From Verrucomicrobiota bacterium (lineage in GTDB: Bacteria > Verrucomicrobiota > Verrucomicrobiia > Limisphaerales > JADLHS01): 58,091 nt of DNA. The notes under the pieces were generated by a model. That model did not search any database and was not told the DNA's origin. It saw only the letters and a list, made by a program, of their open reading frames with translations. Numbering within the stretch: the stretch's first letter is position 1; each line of letters begins with the position of its first letter. Location: the NCBI GenBank assembly GCA_025350905.1, contig JANXWY010000202.1:1-58091 (forward strand), written 5' to 3'. Below are positions 1-8,887 of this stretch, piece by piece. Made by a program: the position numbers and the translations under genes.

Positions 1-1374
1 GTCATCTCGGCGGACATGGACACGGTGACCGAGTCGCGCATGGCCACAGCCATGGCCCTCAACGGCGGGCTCGGCCTTATCCACTACAACATGCCCGAGC
101 GCCAGCAACTCTCCGAAGTGAGCCGGGTGAAATATCATGTGCCCGGCATGCTACCCGACCCGATCAAAGTCGCGCCCGATCAACTGGTGGGAGATGTGGT
201 GAAACTCGTGGAAGAGCGGAAGTTCGGCTTCAGCACGTTCCCGGTGGTGGATGCCAAGGGGATCCTGGTCGGGCTGCTCTCCGGCCATATCGTCAAGCCG
301 CGGTACGCCCAGCGCAAAATTGCCGAGGCCATGACGCCGCGCGCGCAGGTTCACACCATCCAGCAAAAGGAACTCGGCAAGGATCCCATCGCCCGCGCCG
401 ACAAGTTTTTCACCGAGCGCCCGGGCATTCACAAACTGCTGGTGGTGGATGAGGCCGACCATCTGCGCGGACTGTTTACCATGAACGACGTCGAGCGCAT
501 CCAGCAGGAGCGCAAGGCGCAGTTCAAACCAGCGCGCGATGCGCACTTCCGCCTGGTGTGCGGCGCCGCCGTGAGCGCCACCCGCAACGCCTTCGGCGAA
601 CTGGATCGCGAACGCATCCTCACCCACGTCGGCGACCTGGTGGAGCGCGGCGTGGACGCGGTCGCCGTTTCCACCGCCCATGGGCACAGCAAAGGCGTGG
701 GTGACACCGTTAAGATGCTACGCGCGGCGTTTCGCAAGCTGCCGATCATCGCGGGCAACGTGACCAGCGCCGCGGGCGTGGAGTACCTGGCCGATTGCGG
801 GGCGAATGCGATCAAGATCGGGCAGGGGCCGGGCTCGATTTGCACCACGCGGATGGTGGCGGGCGTGGGCATTCCGCAAATGACGGCCCTTTACGTGTGC
901 GGACGCATGGCGGCGAAAAAGGGCGTGACCATTCTCGCCGACGGCGGCATTACCAAGTCGGGCGACATCGTGAAGGCCTTGACGCTGGCCCAGGCCGTCA
1001 TTTGCGGCGGCATTTTTGCCGGCTGCATTGAGGCCCCGGGGGATGTGATGGAAATCGCCGGTAAGAGCTACAAACAATATCGCGGTATGGGCAGTCTGGC
1101 GGCGATGAAGTCCGGTTCGGCCGCCCGCTATGGTCACGCGCCGAACCCGACCCAAAAGGTTGCCGCCGAAGGCATCGAAGCGTTGAAGGAAGTCGTCGGC
1201 TCGGTGGACCGCGTGCTCGGGCAGCTTATTGGCGGGATACAATCCGGCATGGGCTATCTCGGCGCGGCCAACCTCGAGCAGCTGCGCGAGAAGGCTCGCT
1301 ACATTGGCGTCAGTGCCGCCGGCCTGAAGGAAGCCTCGCCCCACGACGTCGTGGAGTTGAAGACCGGTCACTAA
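1..1374 (+). CDS. guaB: IMP dehydrogenase, 5'-truncated by the window edge
   Basis: The frame is open from base 1 ([11 protein letters not shown]...), so the ATG at 16 is internal. It has a CBS-pair insert, the catalytic-Cys loop [11 protein letters not shown] and [15 protein letters not shown]. Stop TAA is at 1372-1374. Confidence 0.9.
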   Translation, partial: VISADMDTVTESRMATAMALNGGLGLIHYNMPERQQLSEVSRVKYHVPGMLPDPIKVAPDQLVGDVVKLVEERKFGFSTFPVVDAKGILVGLLSGHIVKPRYAQRKIAEAMTPRAQVHTIQQKELGKDPIARADKFFTERPGIHKLLVVDEADHLRGLFTMNDVERIQQERKAQFKPARDAHFRLVCGAAVSATRNAFGELDRERILTHVGDLVERGVDAVAVSTAHGHSKGVGDTVKMLRAAFRKLPIIAGNVTSAAGVEYLADCGANAIKIGQGPGSICTTRMVAGVGIPQMTALYVCGRMAAKKGVTILADGGITKSGDIVKALTLAQAVICGGIFAGCIEAPGDVMEIAGKSYKQYRGMGSLAAMKSGSAARYGHAPNPTQKVAAEGIEALKEVVGSVDRVLGQLIGGIQSGMGYLGAANLEQLREKARYIGVSAAGLKEASPHDVVELKTGH

Positions 1375-1546
1375 ATGTGGAACCCGACGGTCGGCCAGTC
1401 GTCGCGCCCGTCGCCAACGCCAGAACGATCTGGTTTGGCTGCCGGCTGGGTGGCAAATGCAACGGCCCGGCAACAACGGTGAAGAACCAAGGTGAAACTA
1501 GTGACCGGCGCGATGCCGGTGCGATGCGTCGAATCCCGGGCCGGCT

Positions 1547-2440
1547 ATGGAGTTCATCGGCATCGCTCCGGCAAGGCGCCAGAATTTTCCGCCGCCCGTG
1601 TTGAAAGCTCTGACCCAATCCGCGGCTCGGAGGCCCGCCCGCCGCCCGGTGCTCCAGATCGAGAAGCTGCAGCTCCGTCGCGGCGACACAATCATCCTCG
1701 ACGACATCTCCTGGCGGGTGGAGCGCGGTCAGCACTGGGTGATTCTCGGCGCCAACGGCTCGGGGAAAACTTCCTTGCTCCGCGCGCTCCTCGGTTACTT
1801 CACGCCGACGGATGGCAAAATGGTTTTGCTGGGCCGGAGCTTCGGCCGCACGGACTGGCGGGCGTTGCGAAAACATGTCGGCTGGGTGAGTTCAAGCGTG
1901 CGCCAGCTGATGGCCGAGGAGGAAACCGCGCTCGAAACCGTCGTCAGCGGCAAGTTCGCAATGATTGATTTGTGGCGCCGCGGATCGCCGGCCGACCGTC
2001 GCCGCGCGCAGCAATTGTTGCGGCGCGTCGAATGTGCGGCGCTGGCCGAACGTCCGTGGCGGGTGCTCTCCATGGGGGAACAGCAGCGCGTGCTGATCGC
2101 GCGAGCCTTGATGGCGACCCCCCGGCTGCTGATTCTGGACGAGCCTTGTGCCGGGCTGGATCCGGCGGCCCGGGAACACTTCCTGCAATTCCTCCAGCGT
2201 CTGATTCGTCGCGAAAGTTCGCCCACCGTTTTGCTCGTAACGCATCACGTGGAAGAAATCGTGCCGGGATTTTCGCACGTGCTGTTGTTGCACTCGGGCC
2301 GCGTACTGGCGGCGGGGAAGACATCAGCCACGCTCACGGCCCGCGCCTTGTCGCGCGCTTTCAATGCTCGCATCGCCCTGGTCAAATCCGGCGATCGTTT
2401 CGCCCTTACGGTATCCCCGCGGCCGGACCGGATGTTATGA
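1547..2440 (+). CDS. stand-alone ABC-type ATP-binding protein
   Basis: Walker A GANGSGKTSLL, ABC signature LSMGEQQRV, Walker B LLILDEPCAGLD and H-loop VTHH are present. No permease or binding-protein gene lies on either side. ATG at 1547. Confidence 0.85.
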   Translation: MEFIGIAPARRQNFPPPVLKALTQSAARRPARRPVLQIEKLQLRRGDTIILDDISWRVERGQHWVILGANGSGKTSLLRALLGYFTPTDGKMVLLGRSFGRTDWRALRKHVGWVSSSVRQLMAEEETALETVVSGKFAMIDLWRRGSPADRRRAQQLLRRVECAALAERPWRVLSMGEQQRVLIARALMATPRLLILDEPCAGLDPAAREHFLQFLQRLIRRESSPTVLLVTHHVEEIVPGFSHVLLLHSGRVLAAGKTSATLTARALSRAFNARIALVKSGDRFALTVSPRPDRML

Positions 2441-2459
2441 AGGCAGGTTTTGCTTCGTT

Positions 2460-3857
2460 CTATTCGCGGGCGAAAAGTTTTTTGGCCTTGATGACCGCCG
2501 CCACCGGCGCGGGCACCTCGCCCTCCCACGCCGCATCGCCGGCCTGAAGTTTTTCGATGACCCCAGCGGAGCTGACGGCCAGATAGCCCGCGTTGAAGTT
2601 GCGGATGTCCTCCACGAAATGATTCTCCACCAGGTGAGCGTAGAGATGGCGCAGGTTGGGGGCGACTTCCAAGCTCTCCAGCGTTACGATTTGGCCCGTC
2701 TCGCGGTTCAGCCAGGGATAAATGTAAAGTTTGACGCCGCTCCGCAACAATTGTCCCAGCGATTCCAGCAAGCCGCCTTCGAGGTCGGTGTAAAACTTTT
2801 CATCCAGAATATCGCGCAGCCGCGCCAGACCCAGCGGCAGGCCGATCATTTTCTGCGTGTGCCGGGAAAGATATTGCACCAGGCGATGGTAGCGGCGGAA
2901 GTTGGAGATCAGCACCGGTTTCTTCAGCGTCCCCAGCATGTCCACGCGGTCCAGGAAATCGCCGTGGTCAATCACATCCCCCACCTGTAACTGGCGCAGG
3001 GTCATTTCCATGAGCGTCACCGGCACTTCGCCGGCCAGGGCTTTTTCCTGCATGAATTGTTCGTGCGCGCGTTCGAGCATGTCGAGCATCGGATTGGTGA
3101 GGGGCCGAAAACTGCCGCGCTCGACCAGCACCGGTTTCTTGTACAGCATTTCGCTGGGGATGACGCTCTCCCCCTCAGCGGTGAACAGGGCAGCGTCGGT
3201 CAGGCCTTGCTCGACGAGTTGCAACGCCATCAGGCGATTGTCCACCGCGGCGAAGGCCGGGCCGGAGAAGCGGATCATATCCACCTCGAGCCGCTGCCGC
3301 GTGAGCCCATCCATGAGCGAGCCGATGAGCTCCACCGGACCGGCGTTGCGATAAAATGCGGCGTGGATCAGGTTTACACCCACGATGCCGATCGCTTCCT
3401 GTTCGCGCACGGTTTCCGCATCCAGCATCCGGACATGGATGATGATTTCGGACGGGCGCTGCCGCGGATGGATTTGAAAGCGGATCCCCAACCAGCCGTG
3501 ACCCTCCTCATTCCGCGTGAAGCTGCGTGTGGCCACGGTGTTCGCAAACGAGAAGAACGTCGTCTTGTCCCCGCGCGGTTGGTCGAGCCGCTGGATCAAC
3601 AGGTCGTACTCGTAATTCACCATCGCCTGCAGGCGCTGGCGGCTGACGTAGCGTTCGGCCGGCCCATAAATCGCGTCGCTCACCGTCATGTCGTAGGCGG
3701 AAATGGTCTTGGCCACCGTGCCGGCGGCGCCCCCGACGCGGAAGAACCAGCGCGCGACTTCCTGCCCGGCGCCAATTTCGGCAAAGGTGCCGTACTTGGC
3801 CCGGTCAACATTAATCTGCAGCGCTTTTTGGTCGGTATTAAGTTTTTCTGCGTTCAT
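2460..3857 (-). CDS. conserved protein of unknown function
   Basis: 465-aa ORF with the N-terminal block KYGTFAEIGAGQEVARWFF...SAYDMTVSDAIYG. I recognise this block as a widespread but uncharacterised bacterial family. I see no catalytic motif I can name. Confidence 0.7.
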   Translation of the reverse strand: MNAEKLNTDQKALQINVDRAKYGTFAEIGAGQEVARWFFRVGGAAGTVAKTISAYDMTVSDAIYGPAERYVSRQRLQAMVNYEYDLLIQRLDQPRGDKTTFFSFANTVATRSFTRNEEGHGWLGIRFQIHPRQRPSEIIIHVRMLDAETVREQEAIGIVGVNLIHAAFYRNAGPVELIGSLMDGLTRQRLEVDMIRFSGPAFAAVDNRLMALQLVEQGLTDAALFTAEGESVIPSEMLYKKPVLVERGSFRPLTNPMLDMLERAHEQFMQEKALAGEVPVTLMEMTLRQLQVGDVIDHGDFLDRVDMLGTLKKPVLISNFRRYHRLVQYLSRHTQKMIGLPLGLARLRDILDEKFYTDLEGGLLESLGQLLRSGVKLYIYPWLNRETGQIVTLESLEVAPNLRHLYAHLVENHFVEDIRNFNAGYLAVSSAGVIEKLQAGDAAWEGEVPAPVAAVIKAKKLFARE

Positions 3858-3864
3858 GGCTTAA

Positions 3865-5079
3865 TTACTTAGGACTGCTGAATGCCTTCGGGACCCGCGC
3901 ATTTACATCGGTAGAATCAGCGGAAGGCTTGAACAAGTCACTCAACTTCTTCCGGTTCGGCCGCCAAGCTCCAAGTCCAAGAAAGCCACCGACCACTTCG
4001 CCCAAGTCCTTATTGAGAAGACGGACTGCAGCGTCCTGCCCGCCATCCCGCCAGTCTGCCTCGCTCACGAAATCAAGGAAGTCTGCGTAATCCGCGGCCA
4101 GCAATTCCACCAGGATTTCGCCCAAACTATAGCTCAACTCGCTGGCGTCTCCCGGTTCACCAAAAGCAGCCCCGGCCCAAAATTCTTGGACGTTCTCAGC
4201 ATTCCAGAAGGCCCGATGACGCTGAACCAGTTCGCGATCCAAACCAAATCCCCGGTTGGAAATCCTTCTCTCAATCCGCTGGGCAAGTCCCTCGTTCAGC
4301 CACGTCGGTACTCGCAGATGAAAGAGGCTGTTGTGAACCAATTCGTGGGTGATAATACTCTTGGCCGCGAAAACGAAAGTAAATGGCATGGCGACATGAC
4401 CGTACCCTCCGCTGATGAAGACGCCTTTAGAAAGGTTATGCGTTCCTTCCGGATAAAAGTGGGAGATGTAGGTGTAATAGTCATCCTCTTCGCTAAAAAC
4501 CAGCAGCAGCTGTTTTCCATAATCTACACGCTGGTTCAGTTTGCCGATCTGGTCCGAAATGGCTTCCTGAGATTTTTCGGCGTATCCGAGCAGTGCTTCG
4601 CTGACCAGCCGACCTTCGGCGCACATCATTAAGAACCTGCCGGATTCATAGCGGCGATAATTCCCACCCAAATCCTTGCACAACTGATGCAGCCACTCGC
4701 ACGCAGCTCGCCGATACACCGCATCCCAGACGCTGTGCGGAATGCTGGCATTGACTTGCCGCCAAATTTTCTCCCAGTCCGGGTAGGAAAACCCGTGCTC
4801 GACTTCGTAATCCAGCGCCACTGCGGGAAGTTCAGCAACTTCTGGATCCAGCTGGAATAAATCCGCCGCCGGTTGGTCGGAAACCAAAAGTTCGTTTCCA
4901 CATAGCTGGCACCGATCTCGCCGAGGTGGATTTTCTGTCCCGCAAAACATGCACGCCTGCGCTTCGGTGGTCACTGGCGTTACCCTTGGCGCGCTTAGGA
5001 CCGTCAACTCCGTTCCGCACTCGAAACAGTGCTGTCGGGTCTCGTCGTTTTCTCGCCCGCAATAGGAACAGGTTTTCAC
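3865..5079 (-). CDS. double zinc-ribbon protein with gluzincin (Peptidase_MA_2-like) domain
   Basis: Two zinc ribbons (CSYCGRENDETRQHCFECG and CMFCGTENPPRRDRCQLCG) are followed by HELVH ... WLNEGLA. The ORF-track start at 5133 is TTG and overlaps the pyc stop; I prefer the GTG at 5079 (VKTCSYCG). Spot GC is about 50%. Confidence 0.6.
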   Translation of the reverse strand: MKTCSYCGRENDETRQHCFECGTELTVLSAPRVTPVTTEAQACMFCGTENPPRRDRCQLCGNELLVSDQPAADLFQLDPEVAELPAVALDYEVEHGFSYPDWEKIWRQVNASIPHSVWDAVYRRAACEWLHQLCKDLGGNYRRYESGRFLMMCAEGRLVSEALLGYAEKSQEAISDQIGKLNQRVDYGKQLLLVFSEEDDYYTYISHFYPEGTHNLSKGVFISGGYGHVAMPFTFVFAAKSIITHELVHNSLFHLRVPTWLNEGLAQRIERRISNRGFGLDRELVQRHRAFWNAENVQEFWAGAAFGEPGDASELSYSLGEILVELLAADYADFLDFVSEADWRDGGQDAAVRLLNKDLGEVVGGFLGLGAWRPNRKKLSDLFKPSADSTDVNARVPKAFSSPK

Positions 5080-5129
5080 GATTCGCTTTCGGCCTGTCCG
5101 TTCTTTCAAGGCACCTTGAAAGACTCCAA

Positions 5130-8100
5130 TCAACTCCCCCGCAACTTCATCAGCAGATCCTTGCTCTCCACGGTCTCTCCCACTTGCACCAGGATTTCAT
5201 CCACCTTGCCATCGCACTGCGCATAAAGCGTCGTCTGCATTTTCATCGCTTCGAGCGTGAGCAACTTGTCGCCTTTGGCGACCTTGGTACCAACGCTGAC
5301 CGATAGCGCCGTCACCAGGCCGGGAATGGGCGCGCCGATTTGCAAGGGCAGCGCGGGATCCGCTTTCACCCGGGCCTTAACCTTCGGCTGTACCGAGCGA
5401 TCGGTGATCAGGAGCTGACGCGTCATGCCGTTTAATTCAAAGCCCACCGCGCGTTTGCCATCCGGATTTACCGGCCCCAGACTTACCAGCCGGATGAACA
5501 ACGTTTTGCCTTCCTCGATCTCAACGGAAACCTCCTCGCCCACTTTCATCCCGTAGAAAAAAGCCGGAGTGGGGAGGACCGACAAATCCCCGAAGTCGCG
5601 TGCGAACTTGGCGTAATCCGCGAAGACCTCGGGATACATGATATGACTGAACACATCGTCCGGGGTCGGCTCATGTTTGAATTTCACCGCCAGTTCGCTC
5701 TCCAGTTTTTTGAAATTCAGCGGCTTCAACGAAGCGCCGGGCCGGCCGCGCAACGGCTGGCGTTTGCCGAGGACGATGTGCTGGAGTTTTTTCGGCCAAC
5801 CGCCCATCGGTTTGCCCAGTCCGCCGGCGAGCATGTCAATCACCGACTCCGGAAACGGCGTGCTGCCCGGTTCGAGATTCAGCACGTCGGCGGACTTGAT
5901 GCCGCGCGTGACGAGAAACATCGTCATGTCCCCCACAACCTTGCTGCTGGGGGTGACCTTGACGATGTCGCCGAACAGCTGGTTCACCTCGGCGTAGGTG
6001 CGCGCGATTTCCGGCCAGCGATGCGCAAGGCTCATCGCCGCGGCCTGTTCCTTGAGATTCGTAAACTGGCCCCCGGGCATTTCGTGCAAATAAACCTCCG
6101 CACTGCCGGCGCGAGGGGCGGTATCGAACGGCGCGTAATAGGCGCGGACACATTCCCAATAGTCGGCCAGCTCGTTCAAGGCGGCGAGATCGAGGCCCGG
6201 GTCGCGCTTGCCGAATTGCAGCGCCGCCACAATGGAATTCAGGTTCGGCTGGCTGGTCGAACCCGACATGGAAGCCACCGCGAGGTCGGCGATGTCCACA
6301 CCTGCTTCCGTGGCCGACAACACCGCCGCGGCCGCCACGCCACTCGAATCATGCGTGTGGAAATGAATCGGGATGCCGATCTCCTCCTTGAGCGCTTTAA
6401 CCAACAGGTGCGCGGCCGCCGGGCGGCACAGGCCCGCCATATCCTTGATGGCCAGAATGTGAGCCCCCATACGTTCGAGCTCCTTGGCCAGCTTCACGTA
6501 GTAGCGCAGCGAGTATTTGCTGCGCGACTTGTCAAGGATGTTGCCCGTGTAGCAGATCGCCCCTTCGCACAGGGCGTGCGTCTCCTGCACCGCGTCCATC
6601 GCGACCTTGAGGTTCGGTAGATAATTCAGCGAGTCGAAAATGCGGAAAATATCAATGCCCGCTTCGGCCGCGTGCCGCACGAAACCGGCGACGGCGTTGT
6701 CCGGGTAATTGGAATAACCAACCGCATTCGAGCCGCGGAACAGCATCTGAAAGCAAATGTTCGGAATGCGCTGGCGCAGCAGGCGCAGCCGTCGCCACGG
6801 ATCTTCGTGTAAAAAGCGGAGCGCCGTGTCGAAGGTCGCCCCACCCCACATTTCCAGGCTGAACAGATTCGGCGTCCGACGCGCCACCGCGTCGGCCACC
6901 GCGAGCATGTCGTAGCTACGCAGCCGCGTGGCGAAGAGCGATTGGTGCGCATCGCGAAACGTGGTGTCGGTAACGAGCAATGGCTTTTGCTGGCGCGTCC
7001 ATTCCGCGAATTTCTTCGGGCCCAATTCCAGCAACAACTGGCGCGTGCCCGGCGACGGTGCCTGCCGGTGGTCGAATGCCGGAATGCGGGCCGGCAGCAT
7101 CGTTTCCTTGGCGACAAAACCTTTGGCTTGCGGGTTGCCGTTCACCGTGATGTCGCCCAGGAACGTGAGCAGCTTCGTGGCGCGGTCGCGGCGCGGCTTG
7201 AACTTTACCAGTTCCGGGGTCGCATCAATCAACGTCGTGGTGGCCCGCCCCGAACTGAATTTTTCGTTGTGGATGACGTTTTCAAGGAACGGAATGTTCG
7301 TCTTCACCCCGCGGATGCGAAACTCGCGGAGCGCGCGGTCCATGCGCTGGAGCGCATTCGCAAAGGTCGGCGCAAACGCCGTCAGTTTGACCAGCAGCGA
7401 ATCGTAAAACGGCGTAATGACCGCGCCGGCGTAACCCATGCCGCCGTCGAGCCGCAAGCCGAAGCCGCCGGAGGACCGATACGTCAGGATGCGTCCGTAG
7501 TCGGGATTGAATTTATTTTCCGGATCCTCCGTGGTGATCCGGCATTGCACGGCGTAACCGTTGCGGGAGATTTCCTTTTGCGGCGGAATGCCCACTTCGG
7601 CACCGTGCATCGGCTGGCCTCCGGCGATCAAAATCTGCGAACGCACGAGATCGATGCCGGTGATGACTTCCGTCACGGTATGTTCCACCTGGATGCGCGG
7701 GTTCATCTCAATGAAGAACCACTCCTGCGTGTCCTGGTCGTAGAGAAATTCCACGGTGCCGGCGTTGTCGTACTGGATCGCGCGGCACAACTTCACCGCC
7801 GCAGCGCACAACTCCTCGCGCACCCGCTGCTCCAGGCCCACGCTCGGCGCGATCTCGATGACCTTTTGATGGCGTCGCTGCACCGAGCAGTCGCGCTCGT
7901 GCAAATGTACGACGCTGCCATGGCGGTCCCCGAGGATCTGCACCTCGATATGTTTCGCGTGGGGAATGTAGCGTTCGAGAAACACCGCCGGATTGCCGAA
8001 CGCCCGCCCCGCCTCGCCCTGCGCTTCGTCGAGCAAAGCCGCGAGATCGCCCGGCTTGGTGACCACGCGCATCCCGCGCCCGCCGCCGCCGAACGCGGCT

Positions 8101-8621
8101 TTGATGATGAGCGGGAAACCAATTTCTTTGGCGATCTTGAGCGCTTCCCCGCGATCTTCGATGGCATCCTCGGTTCCGGGCAACGTCGGCACGCCGACTT
8201 TTTGGGCCAGCGCGCGCGCCGCCGTCTTGTCGCCCATCTTGCGCAACAACTCGACGCGCGGCCCAACGAATGTGATCCCCGCATCGGCACACGCCTGCGC
8301 AAACTCCGCGTTCTCCGACAAAAAGCCGTAGCCCGGATGAATCATGTCCACGCCCTTTTCCTGCGCGAGCGTGATGATGCTCGGGATGTCCAGGTACGCT
8401 CCGACGGGCCCTTTGCCGACGCCGACCACATAGGCCTCGTCCGCCTTGAAACGATGAATTGCGAGCCGATCCTCCTGCGCGTAGATCGCGACGGTGCGGA
8501 AGCCCAGTTCGGTGGCCGCGCGAAAAACGCGGATGGCGATTTCGCTGCGGTTGGCAACCAGCAATTTCCGCTGACGTGGGATGGGAGAAATCGGCTGGGG
8601 CGTCGTTACGTTTGAACTCAT
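5130..8621 (-). CDS. pyc: pyruvate carboxylase
   Basis: It has an N-terminal biotin carboxylase (KLLVANRSEIAIRVFRA...), a central carboxyltransferase and a C-terminal biotinyl domain with EAMKMQT. I prefer the ATG at 8621 (MSSNVTT) to the TTG at 8663. Confidence 0.93.
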   Translation of the reverse strand: MSSNVTTPQPISPIPRQRKLLVANRSEIAIRVFRAATELGFRTVAIYAQEDRLAIHRFKADEAYVVGVGKGPVGAYLDIPSIITLAQEKGVDMIHPGYGFLSENAEFAQACADAGITFVGPRVELLRKMGDKTAARALAQKVGVPTLPGTEDAIEDRGEALKIAKEIGFPLIIKAAFGGGGRGMRVVTKPGDLAALLDEAQGEAGRAFGNPAVFLERYIPHAKHIEVQILGDRHGSVVHLHERDCSVQRRHQKVIEIAPSVGLEQRVREELCAAAVKLCRAIQYDNAGTVEFLYDQDTQEWFFIEMNPRIQVEHTVTEVITGIDLVRSQILIAGGQPMHGAEVGIPPQKEISRNGYAVQCRITTEDPENKFNPDYGRILTYRSSGGFGLRLDGGMGYAGAVITPFYDSLLVKLTAFAPTFANALQRMDRALREFRIRGVKTNIPFLENVIHNEKFSSGRATTTLIDATPELVKFKPRRDRATKLLTFLGDITVNGNPQAKGFVAKETMLPARIPAFDHRQAPSPGTRQLLLELGPKKFAEWTRQQKPLLVTDTTFRDAHQSLFATRLRSYDMLAVADAVARRTPNLFSLEMWGGATFDTALRFLHEDPWRRLRLLRQRIPNICFQMLFRGSNAVGYSNYPDNAVAGFVRHAAEAGIDIFRIFDSLNYLPNLKVAMDAVQETHALCEGAICYTGNILDKSRSKYSLRYYVKLAKELERMGAHILAIKDMAGLCRPAAAHLLVKALKEEIGIPIHFHTHDSSGVAAAAVLSATEAGVDIADLAVASMSGSTSQPNLNSIVAALQFGKRDPGLDLAALNELADYWECVRAYYAPFDTAPRAGSAEVYLHEMPGGQFTNLKEQAAAMSLAHRWPEIARTYAEVNQLFGDIVKVTPSSKVVGDMTMFLVTRGIKSADVLNLEPGSTPFPESVIDMLAGGLGKPMGGWPKKLQHIVLGKRQPLRGRPGASLKPLNFKKLESELAVKFKHEPTPDDVFSHIMYPEVFADYAKFARDFGDLSVLPTPAFFYGMKVGEEVSVEIEEGKTLFIRLVSLGPVNPDGKRAVGFELNGMTRQLLITDRSVQPKVKARVKADPALPLQIGAPIPGLVTALSVSVGTKVAKGDKLLTLEAMKMQTTLYAQCDGKVDEILVQVGETVESKDLLMKLRGS

Positions 8622-8755
8622 ATCGTCGGGCCAGATGAAACTCAAATCCGGCGGCACAGGCAATCTTGGAATGTTGGTGCCAGCGCGAAGGGAACGACGA
8701 CCACCCGCACGGCGAGCGTTCCAGCAAGTCTCCCTGAATGACGAGGTCAGGTAGC

Positions 8756-8886
8756 GGTAGGGTCATCGCGCTGCGACGACCACCGGCCCGTGCAGGGCCG
8801 GAACGCTTTCGGTCCTTCGCGCGATTCGCTCGAAAGCTTTGCGCCGCTGCGCGCGGCGCTGGTCGTCGCAGAGCGACGACCCTACC
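8756..8886. repeat. 131-nt palindromic (MITE/REP-like) element, possible terminator
   Basis: The 26-nt arms are GGTAGGGTCATCGCGCTGCGACGACC (8756-8781) and GGTCGTCGCAGAGCGACGACCCTACC (8861-8886). They are complementary at 24/26 positions. Inner hairpins CCGGCCC..GGGCCGG and GCGCCGC..GCGGCGC are also present. The element starts 1 nt after the stop of the propeller gene. Confidence 0.6.
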
Positions 8887-8887
8887 G

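Noticed and set aside
6942-8615. Long ORFs run antisense to, or out of frame with, clear genes. Examples are 6942-8615 (+) and 7708-9039 (-) over pyc, 27965-29152 (-) over the DUF2339 gene, and 32629-34587 (+) over the SNF2 gene. Others are 23774-25117 (+), 25892-27175 (+), 46089-47126 (+) and 56681-57790 (+).
   Set aside because: Their translations are Arg/Ala/Gly/Pro-rich low-complexity sequence with no motifs. The opposite or alternative frame carries unmistakable family signatures. High GC suppresses stop codons, so such shadow ORFs are expected.
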